Of a stretch of DNA of 64,000 bases, positions 25,175-37,004 are shown in pieces (position 1 is the first letter of the stretch; every line of letters starts with the position of its first letter). The position numbers were made by a program, and so were the translations under genes. Location of the stretch: assembly GCA_030704615.1 (NCBI GenBank), contig CM060733.1, positions 62,310,001 through 62,374,000 on the forward strand. Reading direction: 5' to 3'. The notes beneath the pieces are model-generated. The model had not been told where the DNA came from and did no database searches. It worked only from the letters and a program-made list of their open reading frames with translations. The stretch is from Takakia lepidozioides. Its lineage: Eukaryota; Plantae; Bryophyta.

Positions 25175-25740
25175 CGGTGCCATTTTTCCAGTTTGGGGCC
25201 GAAAATGGCTAAGTCCCAGATCTGACTGGCACCAAAATCGGAAATTCGGCGCTATTTTTCCAGTTCCGGGCCTAGTCAGATCTGGGACTTAGCCATTTTT
25301 GGCCCCGAAATGGAAAAATGGCGTCATTTTTCCAGTTCAAGGCCCCGAAAATGGCTAAGTCCCTAGGGTGGTTGGAACCGCAACCGGAAATTCGGTGCCA
25401 TTTTTCCAGTTCCGCGCCTTGTCAGATCTGGGACTTAGCCATTTTTGGCCCCGAACTGGAAAAATGCTGAAAATGGCTAAGTCCCTAGGGTGGCTGGCAG
25501 CAAAATCGGAAATTCGGCGCCATTTTTCCAGTTCCGGGCCCAATCAGATCTGGGACTTAGCCATTTTCAGCCCCAAAATGGAAAAATGACACCATTTTTC
25601 CAGTTCAGGGCCCTGAAAATGGCTAAGTCCCTAGGGTGGTTGGAACCGCAACCGGAAATTCGGCGCCATTTTTCTAGTTCCGCGCCCAGTCAGTTCTGGG
25701 ACTTAGCCATTTTCGGGCCCAACCTAGGAAAATGGTGACG
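24487..25740. repeat. Alternating-orientation (foldback) ~90-bp repeat array with microsatellite/homopolymer loops
   Basis: GTCAGATCTGGGACTTAGCCATTTTCGGCCCC and its reverse complement alternate. Loops are (AAT)n at 24575, A-rich at 24735, polyA at 24916 and polyT at 25135. Confidence 0.9.
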
Positions 25741-25907
25741 AAAATGGTTTACGAGTGAGTGGTCGCATTGTAAGTTGTCTCCTGATTTTGTGAGGCACCT
25801 CCCCTCGCTCTTTTATTTCATTGAAAGACCGTTTCTGCTTCTGCTGGTATTGACATTCTTCAAGTGGATTTGTTCTTACTGTAGGAGGGACGTCTACACC
25901 GCAGTTC

Positions 25908-26315
25908 ATGGGCAGGAGGAACGTGCATTTTTTTGCCAGGGGGGATTTCATGCCTAGTCCAGAAAGGGACTACATCCTTCTTACTTATGTTGCCCGGCTT
26001 GCTTCGGTGTCCATTAAGAGGTGTTCCGAACCTAGTCGTGTACAGCAGATTTTAGACGAGGCAAACCTCAAGAAAATGAAGATGAGGGAGGAGGCATCAG
26101 CTATTAAAGCTCGTCAGGCTCGTAGATTTGTCTTGGATTCAACTGAGGAAAGTGGGGGAGAAGATGCAGAAGATTCCCAGGAGGTGAGGTGGACAGTCCC
26201 CCAAGAGGATGGGATTTTTGAGAGGCGTAGTGGAACTGATGCATCACAGAGCTCGGAGGATGAGGGGGATGAGGAAGAAGGTGGGGCAAGTTCCTCGGAG
26301 GGTGTAGGAGAGTAG
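25908..26315 (+). CDS. Small accessory ORF/last exon of element B with acidic tail
   Basis: SPERDYILLTY...ARRFVLDSTEESG resembles SPPRSYILLEY...ARVFVDDSATISG at 8590-8750 in element 1. Confidence 0.45.
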   Translation: MGRRNVHFFARGDFMPSPERDYILLTYVARLASVSIKRCSEPSRVQQILDEANLKKMKMREEASAIKARQARRFVLDSTEESGGEDAEDSQEVRWTVPQEDGIFERRSGTDASQSSEDEGDEEEGGASSSEGVGE

Positions 26316-26543
26316 TGCCCATTCCGGCTATGACAGTTAGAACACACTTGTATAGACGTGGTTTGCCACAAAATTTGCAATAAAATGTTGCATTTCAAGT
26401 CCACTGGTGCCACATTCCAACTTCACATGACCCTATTTCCGTGCCTCCTAACCCTATTTCCGTGGACTCACAATGGTCTGCTCATGTTTTTTTTTTTCCG
26501 CTCATGCTCATGCCGCTCATGAAATAGCAGCCCCCCCGGACTT

Positions 26544-29226
26544 GACTAGAGCTTGCATACACGTTGGGGTCCACTGTCATCCCTTGGCGAGAGGCAACAT
26601 GCGTGAGGCTGTGCAGGAAGCACACGACATCATAAAAGAGGAGGTGAAATTGAGCCCCGGAGCCAGACCAAAGCATATTCAGCTGAAGGCAGCCCACAAA
26701 ATTGCTCTTGGCAAAATCATGTCTGAAGATGGTTCAGACTGAGTGCCCTTGAACGAAGAGGAGATGCTTGACCTGTTGGAGTCCGTCTTGCACGTTTGTA
26801 GTCCGAATGAGCGGAATCACATCATATCTTGCAAGCAGGAGTTCGGCCGGGGGTTGGACATGCACTCAATCCTGGAGGTGAAACGAATGACTGGATATAA
26901 CTACATCCAAGGTAGCAGGTTTCCAGGGCAAGGCAGCGAATCCGATCGTTGTTACATTTTTAAAATGTCGACGTGTGGGCCTGGGAGTGGAGTCGACTTG
27001 GTCACTCGCATGACAACTGGAAACTTGTCGAATGCTTGGGTGATGTTTGATCACATCAAGCGAATTACAAACCATCAGTGGGTGACTATGGGTGCGCATG
27101 TTTATGACTATCACTCCAAGAGGCTCATGACGATTGCATCTGCGAGATGAAAGGGGAGGACACACAGTCGGAGATGCATTTGTGGGAGGGCATAAACGAG
27201 CAGATGGCAAGGGCGGGATTGCCAGAGCCCAATTTCAGGGGATTCATGGCAGACAACGCTCAAGCCAACTGGGCAGCGGTGCGGCGTGTACGGTGAGGAC
27301 CCCAATGTTCCAATGGAGGGGAAAGAGGATCTTGTGGATTCCATTGGATGCAGAGTCTATGTCACTACACTACCAAATTTGTTGCTAGCTCATTCCAGGC
27401 TGAACACCGTGTCCTTTGTACGGCGTGGAAGGATGCACCCACATTTGATGACGCGGAGGTTAAGTTTGCTATCATCGAGGCTCGGTGGAACACGTCAGGT
27501 GCAGTGGAGACAACCAATCTGGGAGCCTTGCACAGCTGGTTGGGGTGGTGGCATTTCCGGTATCGACAGTTCGGACAGTACATGCGAGAGGTATGATGCT
27601 GTCATTTTCGTGCAATTGTCTTTCTATTACGGACCTTTCCATTGGTCCCTCACCATTGTTTGTGTCCTTGTAGGAGCGATGCTTGGATTCCGACACGGAC
27701 ATGCCGAACACGAATATGGCAGAATCAGTCCACTCCTCCTGGCGAGCGTCTTCTGCCGCACATCTGGTGGACGTAGTGACGGCCACAACGGAGGACATCG
27801 ATCGAGCAATCATGCAGCAAGCCACGTACTACAAGTTCCTGAGCGGGAAACAATGGGGCTTTGGGCCGGACAGGGAGGAGTTGTTGGTACAAACAGCTTC
27901 GAGGTCGAAAAATCCACTGAAATGGGCGACAACATTGCGAGAGAAGATCAAAGGGACGCCTCTGTACCGCACAGGTGAACACCTAGAGGGGGACGTCCGT
28001 ACTCGCCCTGTGAGGCGGAGGATTGAAGAGGAACCCGAGTGCGAAGAGGATTCCTGGAGATCCGACAGGAACATTCGGACAGCACCTCGAGGTCCCGTCA
28101 TGTTGCCGCACAATGCGTCTTCCAGCAGTGGAAGCCCAAGAAATTCCAGATCGCCATTGCCTTCAAACGGGGATTCCGTGCGAGAAATTCCCACCGCTCG
28201 CTTGCCCCAGATTCCGCCCGCTGTTATGCAGTATGGCCAAGCCATTGTGGAGACGCGTCATAGTGGAGAATTGCTCGCACAAAGCCGTCGTTTCGAGGCA
28301 GGTGTTTCACAATTCGAGTGGATACACGACAACGTTGTTTAGAGATGATAAGGAGGAATCCAGATGGGGCTGTCCCTGCTCCTACTTTTACAGGAAGATT
28401 TGTCCATGCAAAGTTTGCGGAGGCGACAACCACCCAGTTCTGGTTCTGCAGGCACGACATTATGACTTGCGTGTATGGACAGCCCAAGTACGGCATACAA
28501 ACAATGCCAGAGGCTCCCTCGGTGTGGCCGGTGGAACCAGGCTGCGATCTGAATCAGGTTGAGGCCGACGCCCTTACTGCCGCAGGATTTCGGATGGTGC
28601 AGCGCACTGACGTCCCCAGACAACCATTTCCGCTTCCACAGCCTCCACCACCGACCCCTGTGAGAGCAAGAACAATGGGATACGACAGCTCTAAGCATCC
28701 TACACACTGTTGGGGGAAACCAAAGAGGCGGCGACCTCCCTCAAAAGTGAACGAGACAAGGATGGGGAATGCACTTCAGATGAACTGTACAATCCAGAGC
28801 TCGACAGAAGTGCCCCCACCAGGCTTCGGGCGTGTGTATCAGATGGCCACGGCAGGCTCAGCTGTTCGCAATGAGGTGTACACCATCACCATTTCAGAAT
28901 TACCCACCTGCAATTGCACCGACTTCCAGATTATGGCGAACAAGGGGGCATCATACTGCCCTTGCAAGCATCTGTACTACGTGTACCTAAAGAGACTCCG
29001 GTGTAATTCCACAACTCATCACTTCATACATGCACCAGGGTTGAGCCCCCAAGAGGTGCACACTCTTCTGAATATGGATTCCAGGGGACCAGTGAGCTTG
29101 GCTTGCGGTCCCCAACCATGGTACGCCCATCCTTTTCGGAGTTTCAGTTGTAGTAGAACTGTACTGCTGCAAGTACCTCTAAGTCTGGCCACAGAAATGT
29201 CCGACTTATGTCTTGCCTACCAGTAA
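26544..29226 (+). pseudogene. Element A transposase, 3' part: MULE DDE core and SWIM zinc finger
   Basis: VMFDH (D1), FMADNAQA (D2), CGFHW (CxxH), intron 27592-27673, NTNMAESVH (E), CNCTDF...CPCKHLYYV (SWIM). Several frameshifts and stops. Confidence 0.85.
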
Positions 29227-29995
29227 CCTGTTTTGCTCGAACTAAGATAATAATATGTCATTCACTTCTGTTTCTACGTGCTTGTATTTTTGTTTGTTGC
29301 AGGGTTCCTGTTTTTCTGCTCTCCCAAACTTTGCTTTCCTCATTCGACCCCCGACAAGGAAATGCGGCGCCGCATTTCCAAGTAACGTCGTAGGTACTGG
29401 TAGATGCGGCCTTCGTCATAGCAAGATAGTCGCACCCAGCCTTCAGGGAGCCGACCGTCGCCAACACCAAACTCCCCAGAAATTTCGCACGTGCGAGCCC
29501 TAACGCGGCACCGCATTTCCCAGTTGAGTCGCAAATCTTTCCCGCCGAATACCCAAAAATGACAGAATTGTGAAGTACTGTAGACTCTATTAGTGCAGAC
29601 TCTATTGGTTCAATCGCGGCAGAAGGGTCAGCTTCATTCCAATGTTAAGGCATGTAAAACCGCGGAATACTCTATACAGGCCAGTATGCGACGTCCTTTT
29701 ACCGTGGTATACTGGATTTCTCATTGCACGGTCAATCATTTCCATGAGCGGATCTAAGAAACCATGAGCGGACTTGTTACTGACGACATATCTTTGCCGC
29801 ATTACAGGATGTGGAACTTCCAAAAATGGCAAGGTCAAATTAAAAACTATTATTTTAATATTTGTTTAATCTGCCGCATTTCCAAATTTGGAGGAGTCCG
29901 CTCATGAAATCTGCGTGTCTTAGACTTCGGCTCACCGCTCATGCGGCTCATGCGGCTCATGGCTCATGGTTTCTGATCATGAAATAGTAAACCTC

Positions 29996-30275
29996 GTTGG
30001 AAGCACCAAACAGTGTGTGTCAATGCACACTGTTTGTGCCCTCCTTTCCAGTTGTTTTTTGATGTCTAAATGGGCCACACAGGGCCAATGTGCCAAGTTG
30101 AAAACACCCGTAGTTGGAAGCACCAAACAGTGTGCGTCAACGCATACTGTTTGTGCACCCTTCTCAACTTATTTTTTGATTTAAAAATGTGTCATGTTTG
30201 ATGTCTAAATGTGCCACACAGGGCCAATGTACCATGTTCAAAACACCCGTAGTTGGGGAAAGCACAAAGAGTGTG
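29996..30275. repeat. ~117-139-bp tandem repeat (about 2.3 copies), target of element A
   Basis: GTTGGAAGCACCAAACAGTGTG at 29996 and 30113, with a variant at 30252. Confidence 0.75.
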
Positions 30276-31149
30276 TGGGGATTGAAGGGATGCCGAAATT
30301 TACAAGAACCTTCATGATGGGTTTGGGAGGACACACTTCTCAGTCCTCCGAAGCCCCTTCCCGGTGATATTGATACAGGGGAGACGTCCGACAAGGAGCT
30401 GGACTCCGACTTGCCTGGAGTAAGTCAAGTATGGATGCTGGCTGCTTGCATTCTTGTTTCAATACCCATAATCACTGTTCTTAAGGCAAAGTGCACATGG
30501 GAGACATCCTCTTCGTTGGACTTGTGCATTGCATCATTGTATTCAAAAAGGGTTTTTGTCGACTTGTGCAGGAGTCCGAGTGCTTCCACTGACCCTCCAG
30601 GGCTATCACACCTTTTTGGACTTCTTTCAAGTCCTCATCAGTCTTACATGCTACCCGTCTATGCGGAGGCACTCGCAGCAAGAATGTCTGTTCATGACAC
30701 TCGCAGTCCAACCATCGCGGCCGTGGTAGAAGACGTGGTGTGGTGCCGGAACCTTTGTGGATGACATAGCACAGGAGGTCGATTCTGATTCTGATGTTGT
30801 GGACACTTGATATCAAGTTTTCTCTTACTTTTGTTCGGGGCCAATTTTGAAATGGGATGGTTGTGGTGTCCTTGTTGTCCTGTTTGCAATGTGTGCGCGA
30901 GATGCAATTCCTGGGAACCAAACTATCGTTGGAGATGGGGTTTGCATGGATTGCCCGGATTGTTCCTTCAATCTCTTTAGTGTTTTCTGGAGCTCACAGG
31001 CTTGTGTGCATTGCAAAAACAAAAAAACATCTTGGTTTGGCAGAGCATTCTCGCGTCATTGCTCGCTTGGTCTCCAAACCATTCCTGCCAGAAGAATGCT
31101 TAGTAAATCCATCACGTTAAAGTCCACGTGATCAAAGATCGTTCAGGCA

Positions 31150-31270
31150 TTCTTCTGGTGAGCATCTATGATGCTCCCGCACTTACCATACATGTTCGCA
31201 AGGGTGGTGAGTAAGAAAACATGTCGCAGGGATCCGCTTTGGATGATGTGAGGGTGCACCTGCTCACAAC
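31150..31270 (-). pseudogene. Captured PLS-class PPR motif fragment
   Basis: QVHPHIIQSGSLRHVFLLTTLANMYGKCGSIIDA. Confidence 0.75.
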
Positions 31271-31526
31271 GTAGCCACATTCCAATGCAAGGGCATGGTA
31301 TGTTAATAACGTCTAAATGGATGCAATGGATAGAAAGGATGGATACAATGGATTGTAAACACATCCAGTTTGCATTCCCTGGAAAGGGCTGATCAACCCA
31401 CGGTAATAGGTGACACCGCGGAAATAGGCCATGTATGCATGTTGACGTGGCGTGAGCCTATCGTGGGCTCACGGGCTCCTGGGCTCACAAGCTCACGCCT
31501 CACGGCTCACGGAATAGCACCCCCCC

Positions 31527-33110
31527 TGGAGTTGCAGCAAACACTCACATCACGAAAGAATGAGCTTTCTGTGACTACCAAGGCTTGGAAGGAAGCCAAT
31601 AATCTGACTATTGCCTATGCAGCCTTGGTTGAACCTCATGCAAAGCGCATGGAGGCTTTACAACAGTAGTTGGATATGTACAGACTCAAGGAGGAGCAGG
31701 CTCTTCGGGGTGCTACACAGGACTTGGTGGATAATCATCTTTTGCAAGGGTGGTTAACACAAGGGCGGGTGGAAGGGAAGACACCAAGAAAGCTCACCCA
31801 GGAGGAGATGAATGATCTCAGGCTGCAGGTGCAGAACATTGCCATAAACACTATAGACAATGTCTATAGTAGAATAGCTGAGTTGCAGGATGATGTGGAA
31901 GGGCTGCAGACTCAAGTGGATGACTTGAGCTCCAACATTGACAAAATAGGCTTTGTTCCTGAGGAACAACTGGTGGCTACTTATTTGCATGCGAGGACTC
32001 TGATTTTCCAATCTTCATCACAGGAGGTGTAGGAATTGCCAACAATAGGAGGGACAGTGGCGGCCATATCACAGCAACCACAGCAGGTCGACACTGTTAA
32101 TACCATGGCCCTACAGCAATCTGAGGTTTCGGGGGATGCTTCTTTTAACCCACCTAGGACTCCTGCTGCACTTGAGTACAATCGGGCTATGATTATGCTC
32201 TTCAACCAAATTCCTATTGTGATGGATTTGGCTAGGAAGGAATTCAGTCCTCCAGAGTCTTTGGCACACTATTACCAGATCATGCGCATTTGGTTGCCGG
32301 TGGCAACTCGGACTAAGGTTCTTCCGAATAACCGACCCATTGAGGATCACCATTTTGCAAGGCTCTGGTTTGAGGCAGGCACCATGTTGAAGGAATTAAT
32401 TGTCTTCCAGGTTGTTCATGGGTACATCTACACCAAGACCAAGAAGGTACCTAGTTTGGTCATGGGCTGTGGATTATACTATGCTGCTTGTTTCAATGCA
32501 CGCTATCACATTGAGCAGCAGAAGATGCAGTCAAGATTTCAGAGCTATTCCACTAGGGATCATTGGGTCTTACCTTCAGTTCCACCCCATACGTATCTGT
32601 ATGATGTGAAGGTCATGTTGCAGAAGGATCCCCAACTTCGTTCTTGGTTCCATTTTGCTTTGGACAATTTGGCCAAAGAAAAATTTCGCTTTGACGATAT
32701 TTTTTGTAAGGGACATGAAGCCTGGAAATACTTACACTGTTCTAAGGTCATTGGCACACCTCTCACCTATACGGACAAGGAGCTCTAGGAGTATATTAAT
32801 TTTGCTCGCAAGAGATTGATGCAAGTTCTAAAGTTTAAGCTTCCAGACATGGTGGGCAAACACTGTGTGCCACTCAGGATTCCCGAGAAGCCCCATAAGA
32901 TCAGAGCACCGAAAGGCAACAGGGAGGACGATGATTCGGATACAACTGGTTCTATGGAGGAATCTTTTGACATGGTGGAGGAACATGCACTACAGATGGC
33001 AGAGAAGAAACGACGGGGATCTCCTATGCCAAAGAAGTTACCTCCTTATCAACCACAGGAAGGTCAGACATTTCCATTTGGTGACCAGTCATCTCCACCA
33101 GCCAGTGACA
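31527..33110 (+). pseudogene. Long decayed intronless ORF (coiled-coil + unknown domain), probably a TE accessory gene
   Basis: One continuous frame (31370-33259) broken only by TAG stops. No family recognised. Confidence 0.4.
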
Positions 33111-34028
33111 GGGCTCGATATTTCCCTATTATTTGTTTTCCTTCGCGGAGCTCAAGATTTTTCGTGGGGGGTAGGCTTCACAGATGTAAAGCCCCATATT
33201 TGCTTAGCCTAGAAATGGCCTGTTTTCATCCAAAACGGCGATACACATCCATAGTATAATTTTTTGGCGTATAAAGCCGTTAAACCGTTACAATGATATC
33301 TAGGTTAGGGTTAGTTTTGGCTGGTGGCTCGATCCTGGCCCTTCATCAGATCTAGGGTAACAAAGCGGCGCCGTGGGCTTTGGCTTGTGACGCCTTGCCA
33401 CGCGGCGGGCCACTAAAGCTAGGGCTTTTGTATAAAGACGGCGCCCTGACACAAGGTCAGGGCGGTGTACTCGGGTGTTAGTGTATATATGATTTTGGTG
33501 TACAAGCTTTGGATGAGAGCTGCTTTGTGTCAGATCCGTGTGTTTGATCCTCCTCTCGCGCGTTGCCTGCTCTTTCCGCTCGCCCCTTTATTGTGAAACC
33601 TTGCTTCTTGAGAGGAAAGGAGTATATGTTTCAGGCTTGTTTTAAGGCTTTACAAGGTGCATGACAGCTGTCATGGTTTTAGTCATGGTTAACTATAAAT
33701 TATTCATTTTTAGTTAATTAGAACAATATATATTTACATTTGTATTTAGTTGGCATTGGAACTTCACTTGGTTCCATGTGCCAAGTGAGGTGATAAATCT
33801 CATTTGGGACGTGAAAAGGGTTATCTCCATGTGAGGCTCAAGAAGGCTCGTCTTTTTATAGTCGAGCCTCTCGAGGCTTCTCTCGCCACCATAGCTATAG
33901 TTATTGAGATGGAGTGTGGGTAAGGTGTGTATGGTAGATTCTTTTAGCAAAGATACCATTGGCTTGAAGTTTATATATATTTAAAGAGTGGATTCATCTA
34001 TTTTCACATCTCTTTTTATTGTGGCATA

Positions 34029-34780
34029 GGGTAGTTGCAGGCTACGGTGGACCAAAAACTGCGTAATATGGCAATTTCTGTTGTGACCTCCATTCATGGT
34101 AACTTTTATAGTAAAATCACAACTCAATATTTCATACAAGTTTATACGGTCTAAGATTTCTAACTACAGTAAAGACATACTCCAATTTTTTTTATTGTAA
34201 AAAGGATCATCTATGAAAGAGCATATATGGACTCTTAAAGTTGAATCTTATGGACTGCAGTGTTACACATGAGAAACCATATGGACTAAAAAAACATCAT
34301 ATACACCTAAGTAATAGCAAAAAAGAAAACACGGGTGCCATTTTTGAAAGCTACCCAAATGCACTTTTATATGGACTAAAAACATCAAGGAATGAGAGGT
34401 ATGGACTAATTTATACTAAACACTGGGCCCAAATTGGGCCTATTTTCCCTAATGTACATCATCCTCATTTAGAGGCTTTTGAGATATCATCATTACTAAA
34501 AAGGTGTAAAAACCCATAATCTAGAGGTGCCAAGTGATATATGGAAAAAATTCAAAAATCTCTAATTATTAGATTTTTTTTTCGGAATTAAATACTACAA
34601 TTTCTAATAAAAAAATTCTAGCCTATTTGGGGTGGGACTTTTTACTAAAAGTGTTAAATATATCATATCTATCATCTAAAATTAAATATTTGGATAAATT
34701 TCCTCAATTTGAGGTACCTATATAGACTTTCATGGAGAAAAAATATGCCTCTTTTGGTCCACCGTACTCTGCAACTGCCC
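34029..34780. mobile_element. 752-bp non-autonomous TIR DNA transposon (MITE-like), 4-bp TSD CATA
   Basis: TIRs GGGTAGTTGCAGGCTACGGTGGACCAAAA and GGGCAGTTGCAGAGTACGGTGGACCAAAA. CATA on both flanks. AT-rich interior with repeated TATGGACT. Confidence 0.85.
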
Positions 34781-36269
34781 CATAGCTTTCTAGGATTGGG
34801 TGCTTAGAATGTGTGGTTGGACAGTGATGTATGTTGTGGTACGGTGCTTAAGTGCACAACAACTGTCATAGTTTAGGGTGGTCCCTTGATGCTTCACCTC
34901 GTATGTCTTCCTCCTCATGTTTTAGCAGCAGCTCCCATGCCTGAATTGCTACTTTTCCTCGTAGTTGATCTTGTGCTTTCCTTTTTCTCCGTAGCTTAAT
35001 CAACTGTTTTGTCTTGGCAGCTCCCTTGCCATGAGTGCCTTGTCTCACTGCATCTCCCTTGGCTGCCCACCATCCGTGGAGTCTTTCTTGCACTATTCTG
35101 ACCCTCGTTGGCATGCACTTTGCTGCGATGCCCCACATGTATTTGCTGCTCCCTTTAATCATCAACATAGTGCACATGGAAGATGGAAGATGATTTGTAC
35201 ACATGGAAGATGAAAGATGTATTCATGGTTTGTACACAGGCATGGATAGCTGAAGGACCAGGGATAGAGTGTGGGTCCAGATTCATAAGAGGGCCGGATT
35301 TCAAGTGAAGAAGATATACGATCGACATCCAGACAAAGAAGATTAACACTTCGATAAGGTATGATCTGGACTGAATATGTTGTCTTCATGGCTGACGTGA
35401 GGCTTTTCACAGATTCTCACCTCTTTGTCATGGTAGGCATGATGGTACATCCACAAGCTGTAGTGCCTTTAGATGAGAAGCAGTCCCCTCACAAAGTATA
35501 CCGCTCGTTTTCTCAAGAGCATACCAATTCTTTGCCTGCCAGAATGCTATGCTATCATTTTCACTCCGAAACAGAATCCACTTGTCATGTAGGGTTGGAG
35601 TAGCCCTGCCTGAGTTACCATCACACCCTCTCTTATTGTGTGGGCGACAACCTGAGATTATCATGATTGATTCTTTTCAAGATCTTCAGAAACACTCAAT
35701 CAGCTGACATGATTGTTGTTAGCTGTGTCAAGTCGCAATCTCAAGCTTAGAATGGAACCTCAAGGCTGGCTTGGTAGAGCAGGGACTATTCCCCTTTGGG
35801 TGCTTATTATATATATTCTTACCTCTGGGCTTGCAATTTTGTGCAACAGGCCTGATGGACTGGACAGGCTTCTGTAAGGCTGCCAACTAATTATGATGCG
35901 TTGGATATGGCAAACAAAGTGTGTATCATCTAGAATGGTTCTTGTTGTTTGGAACTGGGTTGGTTTGAGAGGTGTTTTGTAAGTTTTGTAGTTTTGCAAA
36001 GTGCTTTTCATGAGTTTCATCCATAAACGTGTGTTAAAATGTCTGGCTTTATAACAGTTATGTTTTAATAGCTTTCATAGTTATGTGCTAATGACTGCTA
36101 ATGAAGGCACCTTCTTCAATTTCACCTTGTTTTCCCCTCTTATCAGAATCGCCCCTAATTATTCATGTCTGAATTCTGCAAGTTAGCTGGTTGAGTGAAG
36201 CTTTGATAGTTTGGAGTGACTTTGACATGATTCTGCCAATGTGACAACAGGAAAGTATCAGAAACAGGT

Positions 36270-36565
36270 AACACAGACGAGGAGAAGTTGTGGAATGAAT
36301 ATTTTTCTGACCCCAGTCAATGGTGGGACAATCGAGGCAAGAAGGTGAATGTTTGTTGGATTATAGAGAGTAGCAGATGCAATTGAGCGTAGGAACTAGT
36401 GTGATAAGTTGAGTTGGGTGCTTCCTAGAACAAGTCTAGGCTGTCATCGTCAACTGCTAGCAACAAGGCAAGGTTGTATGCATGATTCGTGCGAGGCATG
36501 GATAGCTGAAGGAGCAAGAATAGAGTATGGGTGCAGATTCACCCAAGAGGGCCGGACTTCAAGCT
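36270..36565 (+). pseudogene. OSB-type PDF motif fragments (split by intron; partial duplicate at ~35240-35310)
   Basis: EEKLWNEYFSDPSQWWDNRGKK followed by a gt donor, then PRGPDFK. Confidence 0.6.
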
Positions 36566-37004
36566 CCAGATTAACTATGTAGCTACAAGAAACCTGCATG
36601 GGTAGATGGTCAACTGGCAGCAACGGCACAATTGATTGTTAATGAAGGCATCTTCTTCAGCACATTTCACCCTGTTTTTCCCTCTTATCAGAATCAGCCC
36701 AAAATTTCCATGTTGAATTCTGCAAGTTAGCTGGTTGAGTGAATCTAGTTTGGAGTGACTTTGACATGATACTGCTATGTGACAACAGGAAAGTATCAAA
36801 ATCACGACAAACTTAAAAGTTAAAGCCTCTAAAACAGAAAATTACTTTTAGTGTTTCTAACTTTATCTACAGGTCAAGTTGTAGATTTGTTGAATATGGA
36901 GCTGTTTTCCAGCATTCAAGCGTCAACTCCCTCTATTAGTCAGATACCTAGTATTCCTCAACAAATACTATCAAGAACAAAAAATGCGAGGTATGAATTG
37001 TACT

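Larger units (their letters stand above)
19282..26535 (-). mobile_element. Element B: 7254-bp internally deleted Mutator-like transposon nested in the element A transposase
   Basis: Imperfect TIRs GAGGTTAGCTATTTCATGAGC and GGGGGCTGCTATTTCATGAGC. Direct repeat CCGGACTT at 19274-19281 and 26536-26543. Removing B restores ...IHLLPDLTRACIH... Confidence 0.92.
15912..29995 (+). mobile_element. GCM-DDE-SWIM Mutator-like transposon, element A (5' terminus not found; interrupted by element B)
   Basis: Terminus GAGGTTTACTATTTCATGATC read inward from 29995. The array palindrome recurs at 29358. Transposase halves rejoin across B. Confidence 0.8.
29996..31525. mobile_element. Remnant of a further family member (element C), one terminus
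   Basis: Terminus GGGGGGTGCTATTCCGTGAGC read inward from 31525, with GCTCAC subterminal repeats and the TGACGTGGCGTGAGC motif shared with 9890-9905. Confidence 0.6.

Noticed and set aside
26544-29226. KDZ/Zisupton transposase (8-bp TSD, SWIM, Ulp1)
   Set aside because: The core shows the MULE D-D-CxxH-N.AES pattern rather than KDZ motifs; needs HMM confirmation.
33295-33315. Telomeric repeat
   Set aside because: Only about two TTAGGG-like units, as commonly seen in LTR/promoter telo-boxes.
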